DNA of 64,000 nt, from assembly GCA_047967505.1 (NCBI GenBank), contig CM106538.1. The stretch is one strand, 5' to 3'. Within the stretch, counting starts at the first letter, position 1. Every line of letters begins with the position of its first letter. Positions 13,475-27,548 of this stretch are shown here, piece after piece. This stretch comes from Dipteris shenzhenensis. Taxonomy: Eukaryota. Below the pieces are notes generated by a model that did not search any database, was not told the DNA's origin, and saw nothing but the letters and a program-made list of their open reading frames with translations. A program made the position numbers and the translations under genes.

Positions 13475-13610
13475 AGTGAGTACAAGTACCCGTGAGCACT
13501 GCCTTCAAATTGGTTTTGTCAAAGGAAAACAATTGTCAAGATGAATAAATGATTAATTTGCAACACCTATGATGGAAGCCCGTGTATAAAAAAGTTCGAA
13601 TGATTTGTGA

Positions 13611-13627
13611 ACTCCGCGCGCGTGCGC

Positions 13628-13666
<39 letters not shown>

Positions 13667-13835
13667 TTTTCTTAAAAAAAGAAAGTGTGTATGAGTGAGT
13701 GTGTGAGAGAGAAAGAACCAAAATAGAAGGAGCCACGTGGCAACAAAGTGTGGGGGACACTTTTGAACAAAAGTGTACTTAGAGCGTTGCTTGGAAGGCA
13801 GTGCTAACAAACTCCGTGTGTGTGTCTCTGTGTGT

Positions 13836-13872
<37 letters not shown>

Positions 13873-14029
13873 CTTAAAAAAAGAAAGTGTGTATGAGTGA
13901 GTGTGTGAGAGAGAAAGAACCAAAATAGAAGGGGCAACGTGGCAACAAAGTGTGTGGGACACTTTTTAACAAAAGTGTACCTAGAGCGCTGCTTGGAAGG
14001 TAGTGCTAACAAACACCGTGTGTGTGTGT

Positions 14030-14073
<44 letters not shown>

Positions 14074-14222
14074 GAGAGAGTTTTCTTAAAAAAAGAAAGT
14101 GTGTATGAGTGAGTGTGTGTGAGAGAAAGAACCAAAATAGAAGGGGCCATGTGGCAACAATGTGTGGGGCACTTTTTAAACAAAGTGTACCTAGATCCCT
14201 GCCTAGAAGGGAGTGCTAACAA
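13611..14222. repeat. Three tandem ~200-bp units, each containing (GT)n(GA)n microsatellites
   Basis: Unit GTTTTCTTAAAAAAAGAAAGTGTGTATGAG...GTGCTAACAA repeated at about 13611, 13811 and 14012. Confidence 0.92.
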
Positions 14223-14695
14223 AAGCTTGGTAAGACAAAAACTTTTGATGTTGGGTTGGTCACTTGGTGCTATTGCATTCAAATGAGTTCCTGAAGCACA
14301 AGCCAAACTTCGTTATCAAGTGGGCAGGTCCTTTCTTTGTCACAAGGATTATCCCTAGTCGAGTTAATCTGGCCACCTTAAGGACAAGATGTTGAGGGCA
14401 CCCGCCGCGAATAGATCCTAGGTGAAGAAATCCCATACGTACTGAGGGTGAAGAAATACCATACTTTGTTAGGATATATCTCTATATGGTCGTTATCTAA
14501 TTTTTCATTAAGGAAAAGGGTGTGTACTTTGCCATGTTTTCTTTTTATTTGATATTTTTCATACACTTAATGTATTTAGAACTAACTCAAGGAGGTGCAA
14601 GCAAAGGTTGCATAGTAGACGACTATTCAAATTTCAAGATGACATTCATTTGAAATTGAATTGAAGATTTCGTATTACCAAGGGTGAAAGGAATT

Positions 14696-15388
14696 TGTTA
14701 CCAAGGGGTGTCTCGTTCACCTTATGACCAAGAGTGATCATAAGTGACTACAATGCCACGGATATAATAGGTACCTGGAAACAAAAGGCTCCTATATATA
14801 GGGCTGTTGGTCAAACTAGAGAGTAAAAAAGAAGAGACTTTGTATTGATGTATTGAAATTGTGCCTTGAAAGACTTTTGGCGCTACTCTCCCTAGTGATG
14901 CATGCCCTATTGTGCTTGCACGGCCAGTTTCATATTGACCTTGGGGCTGCCACATGACACCGCAAGGATTTGAGACCATGCACCCTCTCTAACATGCATG
15001 AAGTGGAGACAGAGGAGCAGACATCACAAAATTTGAGGGAGAATGATTGCCTCTTTACTCACATGTCCAGGGACATGAGCCGGGTCATTCACTATCTTGA
15101 CTAGTAATGCGAGGGACTCTTTGTAAATGAGGTCACTGTTGAGATTTGTACATCAAGATGATTGAAGGATGTGGATCTTGGATAGGATTTGGATTGGGTG
15201 ATGAAGATTTGGTAGCCTATAAGGTGATACCTATGAGCCTTCCATTTGTAAGGTTGATAGCTAATACCACCTTATGTGTTGGCTTATCTATTTGTTGTGG
15301 TCCTCCATCTTCTCTCTGGCCTTCCCACATTCAGTATTTCTCCTATTGTGCACTCTCTCTTTCCTACATTCTAACATGGTATCAGAGC
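14696..15388 (+). mobile_element. Probable isolated 5' LTR + PBS
   Basis: ...CTAACA followed by TGGTATCAGAGC (15377-15388; tRNA-iMet PBS). The start at TGTTA 14696 is a guess. Confidence 0.55.
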
Positions 15389-16049
15389 TCTAGTAGGCTC
15401 TCCTCCATCTTTACTTCTTGCCACATGTAGCTCCATGAGTTGCATACTATTCTTAGTACTTTTTTCTTGTTGAAGCTGCTGCCACTCTGCTGAAATCCTC
15501 TTTTGATTGATTCATTCATTGTAGTCTACATTCGACACAGCCTGTGTGTTGCTGGTCTAACGCTACGCCTCTGGATATGTAGCAGCTGAGTAGCCAAGTA
15601 AGTAGTTGTAGCGAAAGGCAGCCGATCAACAAAGCAAGAGGAGTCTACAACAAAACAAGCAACTTTAGCAGTTTATTAGCATATAGATGACTCCCGTGCC
15701 ACCCTCGGTAGTCTCCCTCTAAGTAAAGCCCAAACCTGTGGAGATAAGTGATTGTCTAGAAGATGGCATCAATCTCGAGTGGTGTCATAGAAAACTTTGC
15801 CTAAATGATATGGTGGGAGACCAATGGCTTACTCTGAATCATCCTGAATCCCATAGTCACCTGCAGCCTCTTGAAATGTCACCACTCAGTCGCTGACAGG
15901 TCACCCCCCAGAAGGGTGTTGCATACACGGTTGTCGGCCTCACTAGTGTATCAAATAGCCATCCCTTTATTGGGGGGTCTTGGAAGTGTGCTTGAAAGCA
16001 CTGCCATTCTAGTCAAGCTAAAGCTCCTTGCCCTCATGTAAGTCATGCC

Positions 16050-16850
16050 CTGGCAGCGTGGGTCATCGTGAAGGTCGGCCTTGCAAAGCTTGCCCCTAGG
16101 TATGTGTAAAACTGTACAATCTCCACCACTGGCTCCCCTCAGTAGGTGAACCTCTGTCGATGAAGTATTGCCTGTGAAAGATCATAACCTTACTATCAAG
16201 TCTCTCTCTACAAAACACCTCTAGGGCATCTAGATGTCTCTGTAAGCTTGCTGTTGAAGAGGATAGAAGGACTATGCCATCTGCATGCAACGATATCTGT
16301 ATCATTAGATCATCCAGCATCGATCCCTCACCTCCTAGGCAGTTTATGAAAGTCGTGATCATCAATGTATAACCCAAATATGTCGGTGAGAGAGGGCATC
16401 CTTGCTTCACCCCTTCACCCCTATCGTGCTCTCGATCCAATGTGACAGGCCTCCAGGGGCATGTCCCCTCCCTCTGGCTAACTCATATAGACTCTTCACT
16501 CCCAAATCATGACCCCTGGGATCTACATCTCCTGAAGTCACCTGATGATGTGGGATCGTGGGAGTGTGTCGAAGGCCTTCCGAAAGTCTACAAAACAAGC
16601 ATAGACTTTTTGGGCTCTCTATCTCACCTCCTAGATGGCTGCTTGCAAGGTGAAGATATGATCAAAGCTGGAATGTTGTCGCCGAAACCCAGCCTGCCCC
16701 AGTGCTTGCTGGTCGTGTGCCTCTGTGTAGGTCTCTAGTACATAGTTCTTGGCCACTGTATGACAAATCATGAGACTGCGGAAGTTCCCAGTATCCATGG
16801 AGTCCCCTGCTTTGTGTATCGGCATAATGCTGGTTTGAACAAGGCTAATG
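16050..16850 (-). pseudogene. Degenerate LINE reverse transcriptase fragment
   Basis: PIHKAGD..NFRSLM, QAGFRRQHSSFDHIFTL, FVDFRKAFD, GVKQGCPLSP, LHADGIVLL..LQRHL. Confidence 0.88.
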
Positions 16851-19800
16851 AGATGAATGTGATCCTCATGGCAGTGCTCTTTTCTTGAAACCATAGGGAA
16901 GAATCCATACTTTATATCTGAGCCCAGCCAAGTTTAATGATCTTTTAAGGGAAAAAAAACATATCCATTCCGTTCTTCCTCTCTTTCCTCCTTATTTATA
17001 TATGCCAGAAGATTAGAGTCCTGTGGATGATGGTTGAGGCCTCTGATCAAGGAAACAAAAAGGTTCTATGCGCAGCTCTGATTATTGACCTGTCTTTTCT
17101 CGGTCCGGGGTTATCTTTTTGAACAGGGCTTCTAGAGAGGAAAGTGATCCTCATTGCTGTTCTCTCTTGAAAATGCAGGATCTTATATATCTGAGCCCAG
17201 CCGTTTGTAATACTCTTTTAATCATAAAAGAGCAAATAATTCTGCATGCGCTCCATTCTGCCTCTCCTGCCTTGTATATGCCAGAAGATTAGCATAATGC
17301 ATCATCAAACAATTAGTTAAATTAAGCAAACCTAGTATCTTCAAGCACCTTATCCATGCTCTTAACCCTTGAAGACACACATCACTAGTTTCCCCACATT
17401 AGAAATGTATTCAGCCTCACCAGACTCCCGCAAACAAGGGGAAGATGCCATATATAATTTTGCAAAAGTCTGATTCCTCACAAATCTCTAATTTGATTAT
17501 TATACTTTTGGCTTAGTCAATTATGTTGCATACTGGATTTGTGTCTACCAATGTATTATGTGCTGCAATTACCTGTGCTTCTGACCTTCAAGTAGCTGTC
17601 TTACCTCCCATTTCAAGAGAGAAGTACTCGGTTTACAAGCATTAGGGATTCTTTTGGTCTGCATAAGCTCCCCAAGTCCCCCATTCCTTTTTAATGGCAA
17701 AAAATGAATTCCTGCTTATTTTGGGGAAATGAGCAATCAAGACCAAGCTTGGTGCACAACCCTCAATACGTTTGACCTCTTACCTTATTTGCAATCGCAT
17801 TCTCCAGCCGTAAGTGTATGCCTTAGCCGCTAAATATCTGTGCCTTTAAGAATAATTTGTACCCTACCCAAGCTCCAGCATGATTTGTACGTTAACAACC
17901 AGCCCCTGATTAAGGGCTAACCCATGACTTTTGCTCTTTCAATCTCTGATAATCTTTCAGTGTGGACTTTTCATATAAATCTTTTGTTCTTTCAATCTCT
18001 GATAAGCTTTTAGTGTGGACTTTTCATATATCCTGGTGCAAGAGCTTTGAGGTCCTTGCTGTGGCTTCTCAAATGCTGGAAGCTCTTCCCTGTCTGAACC
18101 ACACATCACTGCCCAAAGTGCTGGCCTCTTTATACAGGCACTGCTTGGAATGCCTCATCCACCTTAGCTTCTTTTTAAAGAGATCCTGTGCTTGACACAG
18201 AAATCCAGGACAGGCTCCGTCCTCTCCCCTAAGAGACCCATATTGAAGGCCCTTTGGTTATCACACAACCATCCCAACTCACCATGTAGGGTAAATGTTT
18301 TATTAATGCTTCCTTGTGCATATTCGTTTCAATTCTGTCTTTACATCCTCAGTTCCTATTTCCAGTATTATTCTTGGGGCTCTGTTATGTGTCTTTCCCG
18401 TTGTATACAGAGATTCTGCTGTTAGTGCATTAAACCAAGTTTTAGATGCAATAAGGATTTACTCATGTAAAATCCCTAAGCAATGAAATAACCAGTAAAA
18501 AGCTTACTTTTGTTCTAGGAGGGAGCTACAAGTACAACAATGCTACGTGGCATATGGCAGGCAGAATGGCTCATGGCTTCTATAATGTCTCAAACAAGTA
18601 TGCAGGCCTCAATGCCTTGGAGTCGCTGTACAATGAGCAGCCAGATGAGCATATTGACAAAAAGCCTTGAGGAGTTGAATAATCGGTTTGGTAACTTTTT
18701 ATGTGAGATGGAAAATGTTGGGTGGGACACTTCGCAACTTGTTCTTAAGATTCCAAGAGAGGCACCCTATCTTGCTTATTCTTTTTCAAGGCAGCACTAA
18801 TCAAAAAATGAAAAGATTTAAACCATTTTGCGTTGGAAATGAGCATGTGTGTACATCTTGAATTCTTTATGATCAGTTTTTATAGCATGCATGTCTCTGC
18901 AATCTAATATGCTCTTTAGCTCCATTGCAGGAAACAAACTTCTAGATGTCCATCATGGCCATAGTTTGGAAATATATTTTTGTGTTCTCTTTAGTGCCTT
19001 GTGACAGCGTTTCCCAAGAATCAAATGAAAGACCTGCACCTAATCAGGTCATTACGCCATGTAGAGACATCATAGCATCTTGTCTATGTATGGTTGACAA
19101 CGTTAGAGACTTGTGATTGGACGCTTGTATAAGTCAATGTTTCCGCTTGTATAAATGTTTCAAACATTTTGTGCCATTATGTTATAAAGCCAAGTTACAT
19201 ATGCAAGAACTTCTTTCAAGAATGGCACATAGAAATCAATATGATTCAGGCCCTTAACACGCCAAAGAATGCCCGCCAATCATTATTGGGGGGAGCCAAT
19301 CAAAATGCTCCATTGGGGTGGATGGGCGCCCCCCTTTACACACAGCTAACATTTAGGGGACTCCACAAGCTGAGTGAGCTGCCACCTCCTCCCCATCATA
19401 AGAGATTTCTTGGGCAGGCAATCTTGGCTGCCCAAGTTTAGGCACCCATTTCCCAACCAATCAAATTCAAGTAGAGGATCACTCCCCATTAAATGCTACC
19501 TTTTTATAAAAATTCTTGCTTGGGGATGTGTAAAGCCCCTGCCCATTCAAGACTGTCCAAGCCTTTTTTTGGCTGTCCACAAGTTGGCACCTTTGGGGCA
19601 CCCTTTGGCGGTGTGTGACCATGTATTCTTTTGGATACAGCAAATGAAAGAATTCTAACGACAAAACAAGAGAACATCTACGAATAACAACACAAAACAA
19701 AGTCACGTAATCACCATGCACAATAAAAAGAGCACAGAAACTTTTCGACGCACGTTCTTCTGCCTTCGGCATCGCCTTTGTCGTTCTACTTGAGCTTTTT

Positions 19801-21699
19801 TTGGATGCTTTCCCTGGTGGAATTCGAGTCGCAGCCTGTGGGTATCTGTAGTATTTATACGCTGCCATTTGGCTACAGGCAATATCAATCTTTGTTTTTG
19901 TGATGGCACCGTCGTTCGCTCCATTTACGATCACCTGCTCTCTCGGTTAATTCTTAGGGAACAAGCCCTACTTTTCACGATCACCTGCTCCACGCTTAGC
20001 GAGTTCATTGTGTCATTTGGGTTGGTTTTCAAACGCTTCGCTTACTTTATTACTTCCATCATGTGATGCAGCTAGAGAGTTTTCCCACATGGCATATACG
20101 AAAGGCACCCTTTCTTTTCTCTTGCTGTTAATCTTGGTCGTTTGGGGTGGCCACATGCATGCGCGAGTTGACATCTCTGTCACCAGGTAAGCTATCTCTT
20201 GTACTTCTTTATTAAGCATACGTTGGAACATACAAATCTCAGCGTCCCATCAAGGATAGGAATATGGCTCGCCCTTTGAGTTGATGACCCACAGCAAGTA
20301 CCTCCCAAACTCCCAGAACGCAAAATTTTAAATTCCATTTGCCTCCCCCAGACCCCCATGTGGGAAAATGGCTCGTGGTCGGCCATTTCCGAGTCGAAAA
20401 GTGCTTGGCCAATGGCGATTGGCCAACGAAAAGGCCTCCCCCAGCCCCATTCCCTCTCCTTTGGAAAATCATCGCATGATGTTCGAGAAGCTTTGTCCTT
20501 TTAGTAGTAGCTCGCTTTAGAAATTTCACAATAAGTTGATCTTCAATAGAAATTTGGGATAGTTTTACTTCACGAGGTCATCATTGATGATGTTAGGAGA
20601 TCTTTGAAGTAACTTGGTATATAGTATCCTTAGTTCCGCCAATTTTCTTTGGTAATAATTGAGACTCTGATGAGTTGCCTTCCTAAAACACGAGGCCGAT
20701 CTTTTTCCTTTTTTTGTAATACAATTTTGTCTCTTTTTTCAAGGAAAATAAAGGTTTCCATAGAGCATTTTGTGGTTGTAAGTTCGTAAACATTTGATAA
20801 AATATCTCCATGTTTGATATTATTAAGAAACATATCACTAATTTTTCTGATAAAAGATTTTATAACTATGCTAATTGTATCATATGATAAATATACTCGT
20901 AATGGGGTGCTAGAAAGAGTTGCTACGTCAATGAATGCAGAAGCACCTTCATATTGTACATGTCTTTTTTTGCTTTTCTTATCCAAGAAGAATTTGGCGG
21001 TGATCCAGAATATGAAAGTCATCAATTTTTGAAGGTCTAAGCACTCATCACATCACATGCAAGTTTCAACACTTGCATCTTATAGTTTTGAGCTTCTACA
21101 CTAGAATCACTTCTTTCACACATTGAATACTTTTCATCGACGCATCTGACCTCGTGCATTAGCAAGAATTTGTTTTCATGGCCACGATGGTTGGTGTTGT
21201 AGCATAGATTAGCATAGCCTTGTTTTATCTCAGAAGACATTCAACTTCACAAAGCCAATTGAGACCTTGCTTGAACTTATTGGACTAGTTCCAATTGAAC
21301 TCAGTCCCTATGCACACCTGGTTTTACACTCATTACATATCATGAAACCTGAGCATCCACAATTTAGTGAGCACAGTTCATAGGATACAAAGATATTAGC
21401 ATTGTAGCAGTGGCAAATTGCACATTATTTCATTTTACACTTCACATGCCTTCATTGTAAGGCCTTATCGGATTTTTTTTGCACTTATGTATGGACATCA
21501 GTTTTGTAACGCCTTCTATGCTATTCCTAGCATCTTTTACCACATCAAGCCTTATAATAGATTGGATAACTATAGTTTCTATCTTCATGAAGTAGATTAC
21601 AGTTGACACAAGCAGTATTTTCATAGGCACCCATAGTACTTTTTATATCGTGTCTACATTTAACAACCTCAATTCAGAGGCACCTGCTAAGCTAGATAA

Positions 21700-24280
21700 C
21701 TCAAATCATGGTATAGGGAAGTATTAGATGGAGACCATATTTTCTCTATAAGATAAGTGGAAGTATGTAGATGGGCCATACCTAGACCATCTAGCGACCC
21801 CATAGAGCAGATCCTATCATTGTCTGAACATAGGTAGAATAAGATAAGAAAGACAAGTATGCCTATCACTTGATCAAGGAAAATGTCATGCTTGGATAAC
21901 CTAAATATAGTAAATACATCAAAGGCAACATGAGATGTGTTCTTCACTCCTTGTGAGTCCAAGAACACTTCCTGAAGTCTGACACTCAGCAATAAGAAGA
22001 GTTAGAGTTTCCACAATAGAGTAATAAATGTGGTCATTCCCATGTACTCGATCAAAGACATCAACAATTTACATGTAGCCGCATCAGAGACTATGAAGCC
22101 TACAAAGATGATGCAAATCATTTTCATGGCGATATGAGAATCTAGTCCAAAGCATTGCCATTCAAAGGCAAGTTTTGATCACTTGAAGGAATATAATTAC
22201 TGTTTAGTAGTTATCAATGGACTGAATGAAGGATATGAGAATCTAGTCCAGAGTATTGCCATTCAAAGGCAAGTTCCATTACTTGAACAAATATAATCGA
22301 TGTTATTTGGTGAGGAACTCTAGATCCAGGCCATTCAAGCACAGAAACGTCATTCCTATGAGTAAGCATTCGCAGCCTCAAACAGAGGTAGAGGTGGATG
22401 GAGAGCATCTCAAAGAAGTGGACATCAAAATGAAAATCCCCATCATCATCATCAATAACAATAATAACAATATCAACGTCAACATCAACATCAGCATGAA
22501 CATCATCATCTCAGCATCAACATCCAAGAGAAAATCATTTTGATAGAGGAAAATTTCAAGGAAGAGGAAATCTTCCATCAACATATCAAATATAAAGTGC
22601 AACTATTATCACAAATTTGGACATTACAAAATAGATTGCTACAAGGATCGGTATGACCAAGGAGATTACTCCAACAACAACAAAGGGAGTTTTTGCGGGG
22701 AATGGAATCATCAAGGTGGACATCAAAGCTATAATCATTATGCCAATGAACGTGACACAATGTATCTTATAGTTAAGGGTATGAAAAACATGGATAGTGA
22801 TTCCTCGGTAGAACATTCCATTATCATGTTGACATGATCATTGTATATGGAAAGTCGTGCATCATCTCATATAACAAGACATCACAAATGGTTATAGGAA
22901 TTAAACTATTGGAAGGTTGCAAGGATGTTATTAACACTATAGACAACACACCAAACTCAATTTATGAGAGATTTATACTCCATATGAATAATTTTACTAG
23001 CACAAAAGGATCAATGAAAGATGTACATTCTATTCCTAAACTCAGCAAACTCAATTCAAGGGGAAGGCATAGTTCATATGAATAATTTTACCAGCATGAA
23101 AGGATCATGAAATATGTACATTATGTTCCTAAACTCAACAAGAATCTTTTGTCAGTTGGACATTTGACAAAACATAAGTATAGAGTCATCTTTGATGGAG
23201 ATGAATGTACAATTAAAGATAAAAGCCAAAGAACGTCAGCCAGTTCAAAAGTAGTCAAAAGGATACCATCGATGCCACTTTTTGCAATATGGCACAAAAG
23301 CCATGGTCATGCCAACTTTAGAAGCTGATGCAATTGAGAAATTGGGATAAAGCAATTGGCATCCCCTAAACTTTCATTTGGACATTATGTTCCTAAACTC
23401 AACAAGAATCTTTTGTCTGTTGGACATTTGACAAAACATAAGTATAGAGTCATCTTTGATGGAGATGAATACACAATTAAAGATAAAAGCCAAAGAACAT
23501 TAGCCAATTAAAAAAAACGTAGTCAAAGGGATACCATCAATGCCACTTTTTGCAATATGGCAAAAGGGCCATGGTCATGCAAACTTTAGAAGTTGATGCA
23601 ATTGAGAAATTGGGATAGAGCCATTGGCATTCCCTGAACTTTCATTTCTTAGAAAAGTTTGCAAAGCATATTTCTTGAGTAAATAGTCAAGAGCCAGCTT
23701 CAGAAGAAGCACCTCTCGAACAAGAGGTAATCTTGATTTGATACATTCAATTATGCAAAAACCTGCAACATTAATGGTTTAGTGTACTACTGGACTTTCA
23801 TTGATGAGTACTATATCAATAGATATTGTTAGATCCATGTTCACAAAAGGAGAAATTCAAAGTGTTTTACAGATTTCAGGAATTCAAAGTCATGGTAGAG
23901 AACTAGATAGGCTGAAAGATCAAAGTCCTCAGATCAGATAGAGGAGGTGAATACATGTCTTTTGCATTCACGAACTTTTGTTACAAAGGCAATTCACATG
24001 TGTAGAAACTCCTAACAAAATGATGTTGATGAATGGAAGAACATGACTTAAGCAAATAGTGCTAGGGTACTTCTTGATGAGAAGCATCTTCCAAATCAGT
24101 ATTGGGCAGAATGAATCCACAGTACAAACTACTTACTTAATTGGCTTTTGATTGAGCTGATTCAAGGTGTGATGTCTTATGAGGCATTTACTGGATATAA
24201 GCCATGCATTGGAAATCTTTGTATATTTGGAGGTATAATATATGCCCACATACATGATGATTATCACAAAAAGTATGCTC
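21700..24280 (+). mobile_element. Highly degenerate Ty1/copia gag-pol remnant
   Basis: Zinc-knuckle-like KCNYYHKFGHYKIDC near 22596, VHYVPKLNKNLLSVG, WHKSHGHANF, KIKVLRSDRGGEY near 23915, YEAFTGYKP..L.IFG. Many stops and internal duplications. Confidence 0.85.
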
Positions 24281-24600
24281 ATCATCTGTCTCTCAGAATC
24301 CGAATCCTTGCCGGATTTCCTGGATCGCTGGCAATCAACCCTTGATGAAACTGTTAATGCTGGCCTCGCGATCCCTTCCCTTCAGCAAGTGACCATGCTC
24401 ATCTCTGCTCTTCCATCCTTGTGGAGGGCGTTTGTGACCACACAAGCCAGTCTGGTTAACCTTACATTGCCAACTCTCTCGGGCAAAATCCTTCAGGAAG
24501 ATACCATCCGTCGGCAGAATGAATCCATTCAATCCACGCATGGCCCTTCGGCTCTATTCACCCAAAGTCGAAACTTTTGACCACACTGCAAAAACCGTCG
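24280..24600 (+). pseudogene. Separate copia gag (UBN2-type) fragment
   Basis: ESESLPDFL..QVTMLISALPSLWRAFVTT..LTLPTLSGKILQED. Confidence 0.7.
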
Positions 24601-27266
24601 AAATTTCATCTGGAGTATTTCAGCACTCAGCTCGCCGGGCGCCACTCCTACCATTTCCTTTCGGCCCCCCAACCGCACAGACTTCAACCTAGTGGCCTTC
24701 TTGATGTCCTTGATCCGAATACCAGCGTCGTACCTCAAACCCTGGTGGTCAACAAGAAGTCCCTCATGCATTCTGTGCAGAGGCGGAGAGTAGCCCTCAA
24801 ATTTGAAAGGTAGCCTGGAATTTCATTTTGAAGGGCAATTTAAGAGTTATCCTTCTCGTAAGTTACTTTTGAAGGGTGACGTGGCATTTCCTTTGTAATT
24901 TTTTGGAAGGGTGTTGCAGCCTTCAAATTTGAGGGCTGGCGAAGAGGCCTTACCTGCACTCAATTACGGTGTACTGCTGTGGATCTCCCTGAACCGGACT
25001 TTGGATGATGAAGCTTCACTGTGCATGTGGAATCTCGATACTGGGGCGTGGGGCCTCTCGACACATGACATCTCCATTCCCGTCGGGTGTCAAAATCTTT
25101 CGCAAAGGGAGAGCAAAGTTAGGGAGGAGCACCGTAGAGCTATGCATTGGGGGATGGGAGAGAGGGGATTGGCTCAATAAGTTCCACGAGGGTGAGCCTC
25201 TCCCTTCAAGTGAAGGCCATTTGGGTCCAAGCAATTTTGTTGGATCCAAATGGCCATGGTTCGCTCCATTCGCCACTTGAATGCTCAAGTGTGGGAACTT
25301 AGGAGATGTCCTTTCCTCAATTCAAATGGGGCTTTCACCCTTGCATGGAAACAGGAGGTAACCTGGAGGTTAGTGATCGATTGTCACCCAAACGAACATC
25401 GGCCAGTCAAGGATCTGCTCTCATTCATTTGCCAATGGACGACATGAAGAGGAACATGAGGGTAAGCCACTGTGGACAACATAAAGAGGAACGTGACTCG
25501 CGAGGGTAAGCCAAAAGATACTTACATCCCAATGATTTCATCGATTCGGGACTAATGCAATTGCCAAGAGATGACTTGTGGGTCAAGTATACAAAGCAAA
25601 TGCCTTGGTATCAGGTGTGTTGATGATGAAACCTATACAAGTTTGGAGAGAAAGCAATGTGGATTGCAATGAATATCAGACACACAAAAGGATGCAAGAG
25701 ATCATCACTCAAAAAATATATTAGCTGAGCAGAGAAGTATGAATAGACTAGTTAAATAACCCAACTTGCAAGAGCTATTACCTAGATGACGCAAGTAAAT
25801 CGAAGATGAAGTAGGACACAGACAGCCTAATCAACCCAAATTGCATACGATGCCAAGGGAAATAGAGTGGAAGGAGCATAAGAAGGCAAAAATAATCAAC
25901 GATGCACCTCAAGAGGAAATCAACAACAAATTGAGATACCAAGCCAATACTTATATTGGGATAGTCCATATCCTATTACAAACATCCGTAGTTGTAGTTG
26001 TGCTCATGCAACAATTAGCCTTTGTGGCTCTCAATCTCACTTTGTTGTTTGTGTAAGGGGTTGGGGGGGGGGGGGGGGGGAGGGACAGGGGGGCATAGTA
26101 CCTCAAGATAGCCAAAAAAAAAAACAAGACAACCATGATGATCTTGTATGTGAACTGTCATTTGAAGAAACATTCTATGAGGAAGTTGGATATTTGTTTT
26201 AACAAACAACCCACAACATAGCAATCTAATGGCGGTGACCATACACTCTTGGGTTTTGGTTTTAACAAACAACCCACTGCATAACAAACAACCCATAATG
26301 ATAGCAGTCTAATGGCGGTGACCATACACCCTTGGGTTTTGACATGCACCTTGTTTTGTGTAAAGCTGTAGTGCAAACCAATGAAATCTAGTTGATATCA
26401 GAGATACATTGGATCTTGCTCATGCCAATACTCTCAGTCTAATGTAGGATCTTTTCCCAATCAATGATTCCTACCCACACCAATCTATCATCCCTCATGA
26501 AATCCAACATGTAGTTGCAGGCGTTCAAATTTGTGTGTCTCAAGTTTCACCCTTGCACTGCTCTCTCTCTCTCTCTCTTCCCCCCCATGTGTTTCCATGA
26601 TGGATGGGTGCAAAATCATTATCTAAAGCACAGAAAAACCATTGTTTAAGCATCCAAACTAATCTAAACAATGAAGCATTTAATAATTACTACCATCCAA
26701 AACAACCACTGTGTAAGCACTCAAGCTAGTCTAAACAATGAAGCATTAAACCAGTACTACTATCCAAAATAAACAATTATACATGCAGTTCCAACATCAT
26801 TAAATTTTACCCACAAAAATATGCAACAAAATGGTCATAATGTAACACATTAACATTGAACATCCACATTGTCATAAAATTACTATCTAAATTCTAAACT
26901 CTAAAACAATAGACATATGACAATGCTATAGACCCAACATACTCTAAACCATTGAGAAAGTTGCTATCAAGGTGACACAATCCAAAATAGAAAACATATA
27001 ACAGCATCACATAACTAAGATGATGTAGATCAGCTTTGCCAATATCACACATTTGGTTGGGAATGTTGTTATTGGGATGACCTGACTAACAAAAGTGAGC
27101 CATCACCTGGAAATAATGACCTCGGTTCTACTCACACCTCTGTGTATGTGTGTGTGAGTCATTAGAAAAACAGGGAGCTTATTTTGGTGCCCTGAGAGAA
27201 ATTCACAATTTCTTTATTTTTATTTCCTCTAAAACAATAAATATGACATAACCGCACGGATGTATA

Positions 27267-27548
27267 GTGCAAATTTTGGTATTTCTCACATCATTGGCAC
27301 GCCAAGAGTGGGCCAAAACCCTTGAAATGGATTTTTAAATGTTGAAAACAAACCCCCAAAGGCCCAAAAAAGGCTAAAAAGGCCTAGAAAGGCAGTTGTA
27401 CAAATGAAAGCGATTTGACAGGTTGGCCCTGGCCTTTTTGGCCTTTTTTGGGCCTCTGGGGGTCCATTCTCAACATTGAAAAAGTCATTTCGGGGGTTTT
27501 GGCCTGCTCCAGATGCATCGATGATGTAAGAAATACCAAATTCTGTAC
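27267..27548. mobile_element. Foldback/MITE-like element with ~120-bp imperfect inverted arms
   Basis: Left arm TTTGGTATTTCTCACATCAT...GGCCCAAAAAAGGCTAAAAAGGCC is the reverse complement of right arm GGCCTTTTTGGCCTTTTTTGGGCC...ATGATGTAAGAAATACCAAA. Confidence 0.8.

Noticed and set aside
13536-14306. ORFs with LSLSLS/HTHT runs
   Set aside because: Translations of microsatellites.
17283-17295. AGAAGATTAGCAT identical to part of U6 snRNA (possible U6 copy or guide snoRNA)
   Set aside because: Only 13 nt match, flanks do not match U6, and there is no convincing C/D box pair on the antisense strand.
19169-20530. Cluster of short ORFs on both strands
   Set aside because: No recognisable domain or consistent splice model; possibly decayed TE sequence.
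24790-24940. Short inverted repeat GCCCTCAAATTTGAA / TTCAAATTTGAGGGC as a MITE
   Set aside because: Arms are short and self-palindromic and no TSD was found.
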